Source: Octopus vulgaris
Taxonomy: Eukaryota
Direction: 5' to 3'
NCBI GenBank assembly: GCA_951406725.2
Contig: OX597817.1
Location: forward strand, 3,038,001-3,102,000
DNA length: 64,000 nucleotides
Shown: in pieces, positions 41,520 to 54,526 of the stretch
Layout of the letters: the number at the start of each line of letters is the position of its first letter
How positions within the stretch are numbered: position 1 is the stretch's first letter
Position numbers and translations under genes: made by a program
Notes under the pieces: generated by a model
What the model saw: the letters and a program-made list of their open reading frames with translations, nothing else
What the model was told of the DNA's origin: nothing
Databases searched by the model: none

Positions 41520-42792
41520 TAGTTTCACATTTTAAAATTATCTATAAAAAGATAAGGTATTTGTTATAAAAGTCGTTCAGCCATAACGATCATATCTTTT
41601 AGTCGTGGAGACATAATGTACCTGGGACTGCATTATCCAGAGAGTCCTTCCTTTTATAAGATTGTAAGTCGATCGGTCGCCTACAGGCTTCCCCCTTTTA
41701 TAATGAAGGGTGCCAAGTTAAACTGATAGATGAAAGCACAATTTCTGGGTGTTCTGACAGTAGACGCATGTGCTCACACATCACCCCACGCACATAACTC
41801 GCAGATAGTTCTCTCTCTCTCTCCTCGAAAACAACCAAACATACCTACTTCTCCGCGCATGCCTACCCTGTACATAACTCCCCAGCGCCTAAAACTACCT
41901 CCTCACACAACCCACGCCTCGCTCCCTGACAAGCTATTTTATTTATAGTTATTTATAGTTTCTTTGAAGACGTACTATATATATAGCAAATATGTAAGGT
42001 TAACAAACTAACAAAGTTCTAGCATTTGTTGTTGATTTCTTTATGCAAGTAGACGTGGCACAAATGGTAGAGAGCAGCACTTTGCACTTAATCTATACTT
42101 TCTAGTATCTTCTGTTTTATGCTTAAAATCTATAAAATTATTGTTAAGTGGAGATGTAAAATCAGTTTTTTACTCTAAGAATTAGCACCCCCTTGAAGCG
42201 TTGTAAGAATACAAGGTGACACTAAATGTCAAGCGAGCATTATGAGGGCGCTGTATGCCTAGAAATGCCTTAACATTTTTTAGGGATCTTGTTATATTTC
42301 TTGCCACTTGATTTTTTCCTCAACATTTCACCAAATTATACTTAAAAATTTTTCTGTTATAGTTTTGATGACGAAACTCGCATTTAAAAAAAAAAAAAAT
42401 TCTAAAGCTACAAGCGTTTAAATTTATTTTAAATAATCGACAGCCTCAATTGCTGGATATACCAGTAATCATGACCGTTTGTCCCTAGAGGAACATCACA
42501 CACGAAACCATTGAGGTCTCTCAACATAAAAACAAACAAACAAACAAACAAACTGTAAACGATATTTAAAGAAAATAGTGATGGGGAAAATTTCGTTAAC
42601 CTTGTTAGTGTATGAAATGTAGTGTTGGTGATGAAACACACAGGAACGAAGTATCTACGTGGTCGATTGGCCTGCAAAAGATAGCAGCCAATTCGAGTTA
42701 CACACTCTACATTAGCAAAGAAACTGCCTCTTGAAAGCTTACTTGTGGTTAAACATTTAGGCATTTAAAACAGACGTCTTATGTATCATATA

Positions 42793-42842
<50 letters not shown>

Positions 42843-42848
<6 letters not shown>

Positions 42849-43094
42849 TTGGTATTATGTTAAATTGTCGTATGTCCAAGTTTGGCCAAAAGCGTTCTTT
42901 TTTTTTTTTTTCAATATTTATTTTTGATTGCAATAGCCAGTTCTTTTGGTCAAACTGTCGTATTTCCAGCTACTTTAGATGCCAGGATATTAAAAAATTG
43001 TCAAAGTGTAGTATAACAGTTTTGCAATGGTGAAACTATTTTTTCGTTTTCTGAAAAAGCAACGTTTTTGACTTACACTTTTGCATAACAGCTA

Positions 43095-43100
<6 letters not shown>
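42843..43100. mobile_element. MITE-like element flanked by (TA)n
   Basis: Imperfect TIRs atatcgttggtattatgttaaa / tttgcataacagctacgatat between two TA tracts. Confidence 0.55.
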
Positions 43101-43160
<60 letters not shown>

Positions 43161-43618
43161 ATTTACATACACTGTCGATTGGCCAGATAATGTGGTATTT
43201 GTTCTGAGATATCTCTTGTGGACATACGTTAATAAATATCGAAGGGAGACGAGAAGCATAGATACTCGTAGGCGCCTAAGAGCTTTTTCAGGAAACTGTG
43301 AATAAAACGTTCATTGATGTTGCAAATAGGTCCAAGTTTTTGTTTATTCTTCATCGATCTCGATGATGAAGATTCTCTTGTTCGATCAACCTAAGTTTTG
43401 CTCATGAAATTCATCGTGTAAGCGGCTGAGTATTCCACGGATATGAGTACTCTTAGACGAAATCAGCGTGACACAATGTAAAAGGCTCGACTTTCCGGAG
43501 AGGAAAAATTACTCTGCTGCTGGACTAGCATTTTATAAAAAATTTTAAAAAAAGTTGATCTCGGCAGGATTTGAACACGCAATTCAGGGAGTTGGAACGA
43601 ATATAACAAAGCTTACTA

Positions 43619-44088
43619 TTTCTTTTTACTACCCACAAGGGGCTAAACACAGAGAGGACAAACAAGGACAGACAAATGGATTACGTCGATTATATCGACC
43701 CCAGTGCGTAACTGGTACTTAATTTATTGACCCTGAAGGGATGAAAGGCAAAGTCGACCTCGGCGGAATTGGAACTCACAACGTAACGACAGATGAAATA
43801 CCTATTTCTTTATTACCCACAAGGGGCTAAACACAGAGGGGGACAAACAAGGACAGACATAGGTATTAAGGCGATTACATCGACCCCAGTGCGTAACTGG
43901 TACTTAATTTATCGACCCCGAAAGGATGAAAGGCAAAGTCGACCTCGGCGGAATTTGAACTCACAACGTAACTGAACTCACAACGTAACTGAACTCACAA
44001 CGTAACTGAACTCACAACGTAACCGACAGATGAAATAGCGCTAAGCATTTCGTCCGACGCGCTAACGTTTCTGCCAGCTCGCCGCCTT
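43619..44088 (-). mobile_element. SINE family A dimer with an internal 17-bp x4 repeat, nested in an older SINE
   Basis: Junction at 43802/43803; TSD taacaaagc(t/c)tacta at 43604-43618 and 44089-44103. Confidence 0.88.
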
Positions 44089-45444
44089 TAACAAAGCCTA
44101 CTAATCGACAATCTAACGATTATGCCAATCCACTGACTGCGATGAGTAATAAAGCGACTGTTTGACATAATCGAGAAACATATCCTGACATGATAAGACT
44201 ACAATAAGTGACGCTTAAATGCTGACAATTATAAGTAGTCGAGCTTCAATATCAATGAAAAACTCACATCAACTGAAAGGGAGAGAGAGGCGGTAGTGGG
44301 GGGGGGGTATCTCGTATGCAAATTGCCTTTGATTACCTTACGTCAGTCAGCGATATGAAAGCAGTATCAGACTGTTCTTCGGGTTGTCATATGGAACAAT
44401 TCAGTTCAATAAATGAATAGTCTGTCATTATGTCCGCAGTGTTATCATTAATAAACTCTATTGTTTGCTTTAAACATGTTATACCTGAGAGGACAGCTGG
44501 CTGAAATGGGGACATCTCGACTTAATCTTCTCGTCCTTTTTCATTCTGAGTTCCTGACATATCTGGTTTCAATGAATTTTCACCCTCATCGATAGCCAAA
44601 ATAAAATAACGGTATTACAACGTAGCAAGTACTGCGTAACAGACGGTCAACTCTGCAATGTTGGTTCGATTTCTGATAGTAGCTATTTCACTTATTCTGT
44701 TAATGACTGGCATTTAGAAAGGCATCAACATCACAAACAACTACTAATTCTGTCTCTGAAACAATAGATTAGTCATTGAATGACGCATATTACTAATCAT
44801 AAACTGTCAGCCGGTTAAAAAAAACGTACAAAACAAGACAAAAAAACCCTAAACATTTACGATACAAATGCTGTTAATATTGAGATTATTATTAACATCA
44901 GCTGTAGGTGAAGTGATTTTAAGAAATCAAGCTTACTCCGAAGATAAAGGGATACCGATGGAGTCTTTTTGTAGTCATAATACACATTTATTTGCATTTA
45001 GCTCTGGTAAACCACTGCGAAATCAATGATGGAATATTAACTAACGGACAGCTTGAATGAAGAGTGCTTCTATAGAAGAGTGTGTTATCGGTTGGAACGA
45101 CAGATGTCCTGTTGAATAAATGGGTTCTCAGATGGAACGAGAGGCGTTCCGTCGAATAACTTGTATTATCGGAAATGCAATGGTTCGAAAGACGGTAGTA
45201 GAAATTTTCACATAAAACGATGCTCTTCGGGTTAGATAACGTATTGGTATTGATATACACTTTGACTGTTACATAAATAAATATAGGGGACTAAAGAGAT
45301 TTTATTACTTGGCTACATCTTATCGATTCTAGCGGGAATGAAAGACAGGCAACGCCGACTGGCTAGAACTCGTAAAGCAATAAGAGAAGATTATGTTGTT
45401 TCGGCTATTCTACTCTCCCGATGATTATGATGGTGATGATAATC

Positions 45445-45860
45445 CGTTCAACTATACGCACAAAACCTGAAATTTTGGGGGACGGATTTAGTCGATTTCA
45501 TCGATCCCGATGTTCCATTGGTGCTTCTTTCATCGACCCCGAAAAGATAAAAAGTAAAGTCAACCTTGACGGCATTTGAACTCGGAGCGTAAAGATGGCT
45601 GAAATGCCGCTTAGCATTTTGCCCGGCGTGCTAACGTTTCTGCCAGTTCTCCACCTTAGTAATAATCCTTTTTATTATAGGCTTCAGGTTTAGTATAGTC
45701 GATTACATCGACCTCAGTGTGTAACTGGTACTTATGTCATTGACCCCAAAAGGATGAAAGGCAAAATCGATCTCGGCGGAATTTGAACTCGGAATGTAAG
45801 GATAGACGAAATACCGCTAAGCATGTGCCCGGTGTGTTAACGATTCTGCCAGCTCGCTGG
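45445..45860 (-). mobile_element. Two adjacent older family A SINEs
   Basis: Two diverged copies, each with its own head (about 45445-45658 and 45660-45860). Confidence 0.75.
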
Positions 45861-47207
45861 CTTCTTAATAATAGTAGATAAATATAAAAAAAAAGTCTTC
45901 CTTCCTTAGTGGCGTAGTCCTTAATAATCCATTGGATCAGTACAACACATTTCGGCTTTTCAGAAATGATTCTGGAAGTCAGCATTGTGAAACGCACCCT
46001 TTAAAAAATTTTATAGACACTGGTCAGAAAACGTAAGTCCGAAAGGTAAGCAGAATTGCTGGGTCAGGAATCTAACAAATGCTTTATAGTCTAATATTTC
46101 CAAAAGCTGCCAATGTCCAATACTATTTCCACATTTTAACAACACTCTATTTGTTTGTTTATTTTTTAACCGCTAATTGCTGGCCTATAGATATGATTAG
46201 CTCGTATTTCCTGTATAAATGGTTTGTCACTGTTGCGTACAATGATTTTAATTAGTTTTCCTTCGACAGTTTTATATTACTTTCTCTTGTTTTCCCTAAT
46301 ATTTTTCAAAAATCAGAAATATGAATGATTGAAAATTAGCTTTATTCATTCATTCAAGTTATTAATCAATTTTCGTATGAGTGAATTCTCTCTCAACATT
46401 GAATTACTAACAAAACCGAAAGGAGTTTAATGTAGTCACCGTAACCTTTGAACTGCCCTTCATCATCGCCATTCTATCATCTTTTAAAGCCAAGACCATA
46501 CGTGTAGGGTGACTGACAATATTTTTGTCGTTGAATGATTTGTAAAATAAATAGTGAACAGATTGGAATAATCATTACGTGAGCATTGAGCGAGACGTGA
46601 TTGAATAGTTTAAATGATATCGGTCAAACCGGGGCGGCCAGTGTCGTTTCTCAGTTTCTTAGCTTTTTATAACTAAACACGTATACAAATATGGACATGA
46701 GGTCATATTTTCACGTGTGTCACTGATGTTGATATCTGTAAAGATGTTTGTGTGCGCAGGTCTAAATTCACAGATACTGTTATTGCAAAAAAAAAAAATG
46801 AATTAATATATTAGTGCTGAACAAATAACACTAATGAGCGACGTAAGACATTTAACAGATTCGAATGCTTCTAACACTTGCTGTCACGAAACACAGAACT
46901 TCCAAAGGCTGATAAGTTATCTGATATGCAGATATTTATGAGCAAACATGTTGGTATATCAGCAAGATAGCTATTACATAAGAAAGCTGTTGAATTTCAG
47001 ATTGAGATGACCTGACTATGTCTATTCAACAATACACTAATTATCCGTAACAGTTGTTTTCCATTCGACATGTGTGGAATAGCTTAGCGACTGACATTCA
47101 CTATACCTTTGGTGTTCTACTTTTGCGAAGCCTACTATACTGCTGAGTACAGGTTGATTGCAAGGGACTATTTCCTCTTTGTTACTCACTTTGTCTTTAT
47201 TTCTACT

Positions 47208-49095
47208 ACTAGCTGGTGTACCTGGTAATTCCCGGGGGTAAAGATGTTCTTTTGAAACGCCTTATTACTCTGATATGAGAAAGCAATTTCGTTATAACTG
47301 CCACAAAAGGTGCATTTTCCGTCGGGAAAAAGTACAATAAACTGTCAGCTGGAGGAGAGAGAGATTGTTTGAGGTTGGCGGCAGAGGTTTTCGGAGGTTT
47401 GCGAGAAAGTACTCTGACACGTGGCGTTTTAAAGGTGAACTTTATGAAGGCTAATTTATTAAAGATAATATATAAAAGTAGTAGATATGTATATAAATAT
47501 ATAAATGAGGTGTTTGATGTTTAAGAATGAAATGAAAAAATTGCAATAATAACGTTCACACTCACTGATGGTCGCTCTCAGTAACTGCCTTTAGCTTACG
47601 GAGTTCTTGATTTTATAACTAACGAAAAGCAGCCTGAAGGATAGACATATTGTTGAGAACAAATGATTTCGTTGGAGGTCTGTTATCTCCATTCCAGCCC
47701 CTGGTGGCCTAGAAGGGTCAAGTGGCAAAGGCATTATTCTGCTTAGCGAAGGCATCTGGGAAATGTATAACTGCTGTCATTCACAGAAAAACTGTTTTAC
47801 CGGGAAAAAAGCACTGTTGAAGTGTTAAGTGAAATTTGGCAATCGAGGATCGAATCCACGCTATGCCTGCAAGAAACCACTACAAATATGTTGTGGAATA
47901 AAAAAAATTATCTGCTGCCATGAAAAAAGTGTAACTGTAAAAATGCAAAATTATCGGAGTAATGGGTATTCAAAGAAGTATGTATCTATAGAAATGTATG
48001 AATGAAGTCTTTAAGGTTTAAGATTGAAATCAAGGAAGTGCAATAATAATGTTTAGCAGTTCAAAATTTAGTAGGAAAATGCAGAATTAGGTTGGCTGAT
48101 CGTGAGAATCAAATATTGATCGCTTCGCTAAAAACTGAGGGTGGTATGGATTATCACCCTTGGGTTGTTTAAAAATATATTTGTAATATGTAGTAGATAG
48201 AAGGATCCATTGGAAGGGGCCTATTATAGATTTTTTTTCCCACAATCTAAGTACGTTGCGAGGTTTCCAGACATTAGTTCTACTAACATATCAAATAAAA
48301 TATAAAAGTGATATTGTCTGCAAAAATAAAGAAATTTGACACACAAAAAAATCGATATTCTAAGTAATCGAACATAAATAATGAAACCTGTAAAATATTT
48401 CTGAATTCGGTGCCTCAATCAGTTCCATCAAAATGTTGTATGAACTGTAAATAAGCAATAAATATTATTTGTAAAATACGTATGTGATTCAGGGTGTCCC
48501 AACTGAATGTGGTGCGGAAGTTTGGTTTCATTTTTTAAGAATTTTAAGCATTCAAGGTATGAGCTCATTGTATTAAATGAACTTATTAAATACGTTTTGG
48601 AATCAAAAATTTATTTAGTGTCATCAAAAATTTTTAACTGGAAAAATCCAGAATTATCAGAATTATGGGTACTGAAAGTGTACATGCATCAAGAAAGTGC
48701 AATAATAAGGTCTAGTAGTTCAAAACTGTGAGTAGCGAAATACAGAATTAGGTCCGCTTCATGAAAATGAAATATTGATCGCTTCGCTAAAAACTAACAA
48801 CTGTAAGTGCAGGTGCTACGGGTTATTTCCCTTGAGTGTTAAAAATATTGTGCAAGTGCTATGGGTTTTTTTCCTCGGGTGCTTAAAAAAAAGATTAGTT
48901 ATATAAGGTAGATATAAAGATCCCTTCCAGGGACCTATTATTGAATTTTTTTTCAACAATCTAAGTATGTCACGAGGTTTCCAGACATGAGTTCTACTCA
49001 CGTGTCAAGTTTCATCAAAATCAATAAAACGCTGTCGGAGGAGTTAGCTAACAACGCCACAAACAAACACGCGAAAATACACATATGCAGTAGAT
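47208..49095 (+). mobile_element. Possible non-autonomous Helentron/DINE-1-like element
   Basis: Start actagctggtgtacctggtaattcccggg; end gtgtcaagtttcatcaaaatc...acaaacaaac...gtagat; internal diverged direct repeat. Family call is from resemblance only. Confidence 0.45.
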
Positions 49096-49849
49096 TATGC
49101 GATACGGATAGTTTTGCACTAAATATATCTCATGAGTTATGTTTCTCCGGCTCAGTCTGTTTAATAAATGTGTGCGATCAGAGGCTACTTATGATAGTTC
49201 TTCTAATTTTTTAGAATAATACATTATGTTTTACTGAAATACCTCTCTCTCTCTTTTACTTGAAACAACACGTAACTCTTTAACGTTTCTCTTTGTAGAA
49301 ATATGGAGACATGCCACTCTGTCTTGTTCACAAGAACAACAACGTTTTGATCTTGACCCCATCATTTTCTTCCTTCCCTCTCCTGCTTCTCTCTAATATA
49401 TGATGCGTGTGTTCACGTACATGTTTGTATTTGTTTTATCTATGTTTCACTTCCTTCGACGATGGGTCCTATCATTTTCCAAGTGGAGAGGCATCCATCG
49501 TTAGACTGTTTATCCTACGACATTATAGCACAAATTAACACCATCCACATCCTCCATTCCCTCTGCCGTCCTTAAAGAATAAAGTAAACTTTAGAACAGT
49601 TAATTAAAAAATTGTCGAATTAATTTTCTCATGTTGTTTACAACTGGGAACTATTTCACAATTTGCCTTCATAATCCACCCTTTAACTTAATTATTACAC
49701 TTTAACTTAATTATCCAAATTTGTGTCATTGACCTATTTGATTTTTCTAGTATTATTTATGCAAATTACCCTAACCCCAAAATATTCGTTTCTGTATGCA
49801 AAAAATCTTACCACTGCTGGCTTCAGTAGCTTATACAATGTAGAGATCA

Positions 49850-50445
49850 GGTGACGAGCTGGCAGAAACGTTAGCACGCTGGGCGAAATGCTTAGCGCTA
49901 TTTCGTCTGCCGTTACATTGTGAGTTCAAATTCCGCCGAGGTCGACTTTGCCTTTCATCCTTTCGGGGTCGATAAATTAAGTACCAGTTACGCACTGGGG
50001 TCGATGTAATCGACTTAATACCTATGTCTGTCCTTGTTTGTCCCCTCTGTGTTTAGCCCCTTGTGGGTAATAAAGAAATAGGTATTTTGTCTGTCGTTAC
50101 GTTCTGAGTTCAAATTCCGCCGAGGTCGACTTTGCCTTTCATCCTTTCGGGGTCGATAAATTAAGTACCAGTTACGCACTGGGGTCGATGTAATCGACTT
50201 AATACCTATGTCTGTCCTTATTTGTCCCCTCTGTGTTTAGCCCCTTGTAGGTAATAAAGAAATAGGTATTTCGTCTGTCGTTACGTTGTGAGTTCAAATT
50301 CCGCCGAGGTCGACTTTGCCTTTCATCCTTTCGGGGTCGATAAAGTACCAGTTTCGCGCTGGGGTCGATTTTAATCGACTTAATCCGTTTGTCTGTCATT
50401 GTTTGTCCCCTCTATGTTTAGCCCCTTGTGGGCAGTAAGGAAATA
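49850..50445 (+). mobile_element. SINE family A trimer
   Basis: One full unit plus two headless units starting at 50081 and 50265 (184-bp period); TSD tatacaatgtagag at 49832-49845 and 50446-50459. Confidence 0.92.
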
Positions 50446-50815
50446 TATACAATGTAGAGGTCAAGCTTGAAAGTTATCTTCAGGAAAATAGTTCTTAATT
50501 TCTTTAAATTGTCCTCATTGAAAGCTCTTTATAATTGCCTCTCTTTCCCCCACCACGATGGGGTCGGAAATGACAGCTATTTAAAAATAATTTTTAATAT
50601 CTTTTTCTTTTGCGTGTGGTACTCAGTACATTGCCCTGTCCCTTTCGTACCTACTTAAGTGTAAGTTAACTGAGCTGTTGCAAGTTGTCATGGACACATC
50701 TCAGTACAAAATGCAGGACAGAAACAACTCCATCACCTCAATTAAAGTGTCTAGTTCCCTTTTGAGCCGACCATCCGTGTCCCTTATATACACACTCTCA
50801 TTTACCTCTGCTCCC

Positions 50816-50877
<62 letters not shown>

Positions 50878-51181
50878 TGAGCGCGTCTTTTCTGGTCTGT
50901 GACCGCAGTTTCACTCTAAGCATCGTGTCTCATATTTGTTTGTTTTAGTTTTTGTCCTAATTTTTCTTTTCTTTTCTTTTAATTTTTTACTTTTTAGAAA
51001 TAGTGACGAAGTGAACTTTGGTACATCATATACACAAATAAATAAAATTTCAGTGTATTAAGTACTTTTTCTTTGTTCCAAGAGCACACTGCACACATGT
51101 ATATGTGAAGGGGGAGTTGTGTATATGCGTGTTTATGTATATGCTTAACCCCCTACTATTTACCAGGATTTAAACTTTCAA

Positions 51182-51217
<36 letters not shown>

Positions 51218-51730
51218 TTTCAGAACTAGTTCAGTTAAGTAAAACTAATGCTGGTTAACAGGACTACGTCTCTTTTAACTCAAACGTTCTTTTCTTTTAG
51301 TTTTAATGAATTCATAACCTCAAATTAATATATATTGTAGAATAAAATTAATTGGAGGCTTCTGTTTTTAGTTGAGACTACTCTAACATACATAAATGTT
51401 ATTCTATATATCGCTGGCGAGAAGATGAATGGCTGCTATTTCCAGCGGTTGAGCGTCCATCATTTACGAGACCAAACAAGGTCGAAATTACGTGATTTGG
51501 TGGACACCTCATTGGAGGTGGGGATTTATCTTCCCGCTATCGCTATAAACGAGACAGCATTTTGTACCAAAAGCTTATATGAGAGTTTTTCTTATGGTAA
51601 CTACCGCATTATAGTTTATTCAAATAGAACATCCACGTTTAAGTGGGGATACATATTACTCCGGGGTATTTATATATAAAAGCATTTCTTCTCTATTCAT
51701 TAATCAAATTTAAACATAATGGATGCATAT

Positions 51731-52110
51731 AGGCGCAGGAGTGGCTGAGTGGTAAGTAGCTTCCTTACCAACCACACGGTTCCGGGTTCAGTCCCACTGC
51801 GTGGCATCTTGGGCAAGTGTCTTCTGCTATAGCCTCGGGCCGACCAATGCCCTGTGAGTGGATTTGGTAGACGGAAACTGAAAGAAGCCTGTCGTATATA
51901 TGTATGTGTGTGTGTATATGTTTGTGTGTCTGTGTTTGTCCCCCCAACCGATGCTGGTGTGTTTACGTCCCCGTCACTTAGCGGTTCGGCAAAAAGAGAC
52001 CGATAGAATAAGTACTGGGCTTAGAAAGAATATGTCCCGGGGTCGATTTGCTCGACTAAAGGTGGTGCTCCAGCATGGCCGCAGTCAAATGACTGAAACA
52101 AGTAAAAGAG
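51731..52110 (+). mobile_element. SINE family B
   Basis: Full-length match to the 40573 and 52769 copies. Confidence 0.88.
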
Positions 52111-52498
52111 TAATATGTCTAGCTAGTCAAAAACCTTTCATAGTATAACTCTACTCATTACGATTTCCTTATGATTGTTTTTCCTACACCAGCCAATGCC
52201 TCTGTTTAATCAACTACGCTCCATGCATGTTCACCACGATTCAATAATGGAATTTTTTTTACTTCTTGGATAAATAAAAGGGTAAGACTCATTACAGCAA
52301 ATCAATTTATTTTACATGTTATCTGTTTGTTATCCTCTATTTGCCCAAATTTCCTCTGATTTACTGTCAACTTTCGAATAAAGGGTATCGTATGGTCACA
52401 GGAATTTGTTTTCATATTTAACTATAGATGAAAACAGAAATATTTTACCATAAATAACTCTTGTGTAATTAAAATATTTTCCTCTCTTTTTTGCCCAG

Positions 52499-52601
52499 GT
52501 ATCTTCTATACGATGTCCATCATTGGGCCAGCATTTGGATACCTCTTAGGTGGAAAATTCTTGGATTATTATGTGGATATCGGCCGTGTTGATACTTCTT
52601 C
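52499..52601 (+). CDS. SLCO4A1: Next coding exon of the SLCO4-like gene (absent from the ORF track)
   Basis: Acceptor cctctcttttttgcccag; phase-1 start completes G|GT (Gly), then IFYTMSIIGPAFGYLLGGKFLDYYVDIGRVDTS, the expected OATP continuation; donor C|gtaagt at 52601/52602 (phase 2); 103 nt. Confidence 0.92.
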
Positions 52602-52768
52602 GTAAGTAAATTATCGTTATACAATAAAGGTTTGTTAATTTGGTATCCAGTAATCCGGCAGATCCGATTGTTCGGCACATTTTGTTTCATTTTATTTTCT
52701 AAGAGCCTTTTCTAGCAGCCAACGCTTCTCCGTTATTATTTACATTCAAGTTGTAAAGAACAGTACCT

Positions 52769-52936
52769 AGGTGCAGAAGTGGCTGTGTGGTAAGTAGCTT
52801 GCTTACCAACCACATGGTTCCGGGTTCAGTCCCACTGCGTGGCATCTTGGGCAAGTGTCTTCTGCTATAGCCTCGGGCCGACCAATGCCTTGTGAGTGGA
52901 TTTGGTAGACGGAAACTGAAAGAAGCCTGTCGTATG

Positions 52937-52983
<47 letters not shown>

Positions 52984-53206
52984 ATATATGTTTGTGTGTC
53001 TATGTTTGTCTCCCCACCATCGCTTGACAACCGATGCTGGTGTGTTTACGTCCCCGTAACCTAGCGGTTCGGCAAAAAAGAGACCGATAGAATAAGTACT
53101 GGGCTTACAAAGAATAAGTCCCCGGGGTCGATTTGCTCGACTAAAGGTGGTGCTCCAGCATTGCCGCAGTCAAATGACTGAAACAAGTAAAAAAAAAGTA
53201 AAGAGA
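52769..53206 (+). mobile_element. SINE family B
   Basis: Full-length copy with expanded internal (TA)n. Confidence 0.88.
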
Positions 53207-54147
53207 GTGCTTGATTATCTTAAATATATATTTATATACTTATGTTGGCCACCCATGCCTGTCGCTAAGGGGGTGCACTGCACGGCACTTCCCCATCACT
53301 CTTCAATAGTGCATCCTCACATTTACTCTACTTTAGTGTTATTACAAATTAGAACCCACACAGAACATTCTGAAGCATCTCCAGCTACCAAAAGTCTGGC
53401 AAAGGTCTTGTGTCCATCCATTATCGTAAATGAAGAACCAGTTTCGAAAAGAAAACCTGGAGCGATTGCATTTCACCCTGAAATAGAAATATTTCACCGT
53501 TTGAAAAGAGGCGAAAACTGAAATGCTATTGTCTGAGAATATAGCGAAGGTTCTTTAACGACTTTTACTAGTTTAAAAGCCACACTCCATGCAGACTTTC
53601 AAGTTGGCTCTTGCGAGAGGCTAATTAGGCCTGTGACCCAAAACTATAGATAGCTTAATAACATGACTATAATATTGTATAATGACTATATGCTCCGGTG
53701 GTTTTGATCAGAGGTTACGGACGGATGAGAATTAATTCTGTAATGCAATCATTCTATTGTTCCAGTCCAAATTTGAATTCCAACTGTTCGACAATTTGTT
53801 CCATAGTTCTTATCTCGATGTAAAATCAACAAAGCTAATGTCATTTATCTCCCCTTTGATCTCTGACGTCATGTGACAAACACCAACTAAGATGGCGTGG
53901 ATCATCTAAGCTTTACCTGCTAAAAATAGCAATCCAAATGCTTTTAAATCAGATCTGAATACTGGATGTTCAAGAACCAAATGAAGGGCAGACTTTCAAT
54001 CCCGGGAATCACCCTGATTCCAAGAAGGTATAATGGTTATGTAGAGCAAGTGTAGACTGAGATACAGGGGTTCCAGACGGACAGACAGAATTTCGCTTTT
54101 ATTAATATAGAATAAAACAAAGAAAGAAACAGGTAAATTTATGGCTT

Positions 54148-54526
54148 ACTCTCTCTCTTTTTACTCTTTTACTTGTTTCAGTCATTTGACTGCGGCCATA
54201 CTGGAGCACGGCCTTTAGTCCAGCAAATCGACCCCAGGACTTATTCTTTGTAAGCCCACTACTTATTCCATCGGTCTCTTTTGCCGAACCGCTAAGTTAC
54301 GGTGATGCAAGCACACCACCATCAGTTGTCAAGCGGTCTTGGTGGGAGGGGGCCAAACACAGACACACATACATATATATACATATATACGACGGGCTTC
54401 TTTCACTTTCTGTCTACCAAATCCACTGACAAAGCTTTGGTCGGCTCAAGGTGCCACGTAGTAGGAATGAACCTAGAACCATGTGGTTGGTAAGCAAGCT
54501 ACGTACAACACAACCAGTTCTGCGCT
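54148..54526 (-). mobile_element. SINE family B
   Basis: Reverse-complement match with a small internal deletion. Confidence 0.85.

Noticed and set aside
43956-44023. CRISPR-like repeats (also the 184-bp SINE trimer)
   Set aside because: No unique spacers, no cas genes, eukaryotic context.
49850-50445. Hammerhead in the SINE multimer unit (retrozyme hypothesis)
   Set aside because: No CTGANGA...GAAA arrangement found on either strand.
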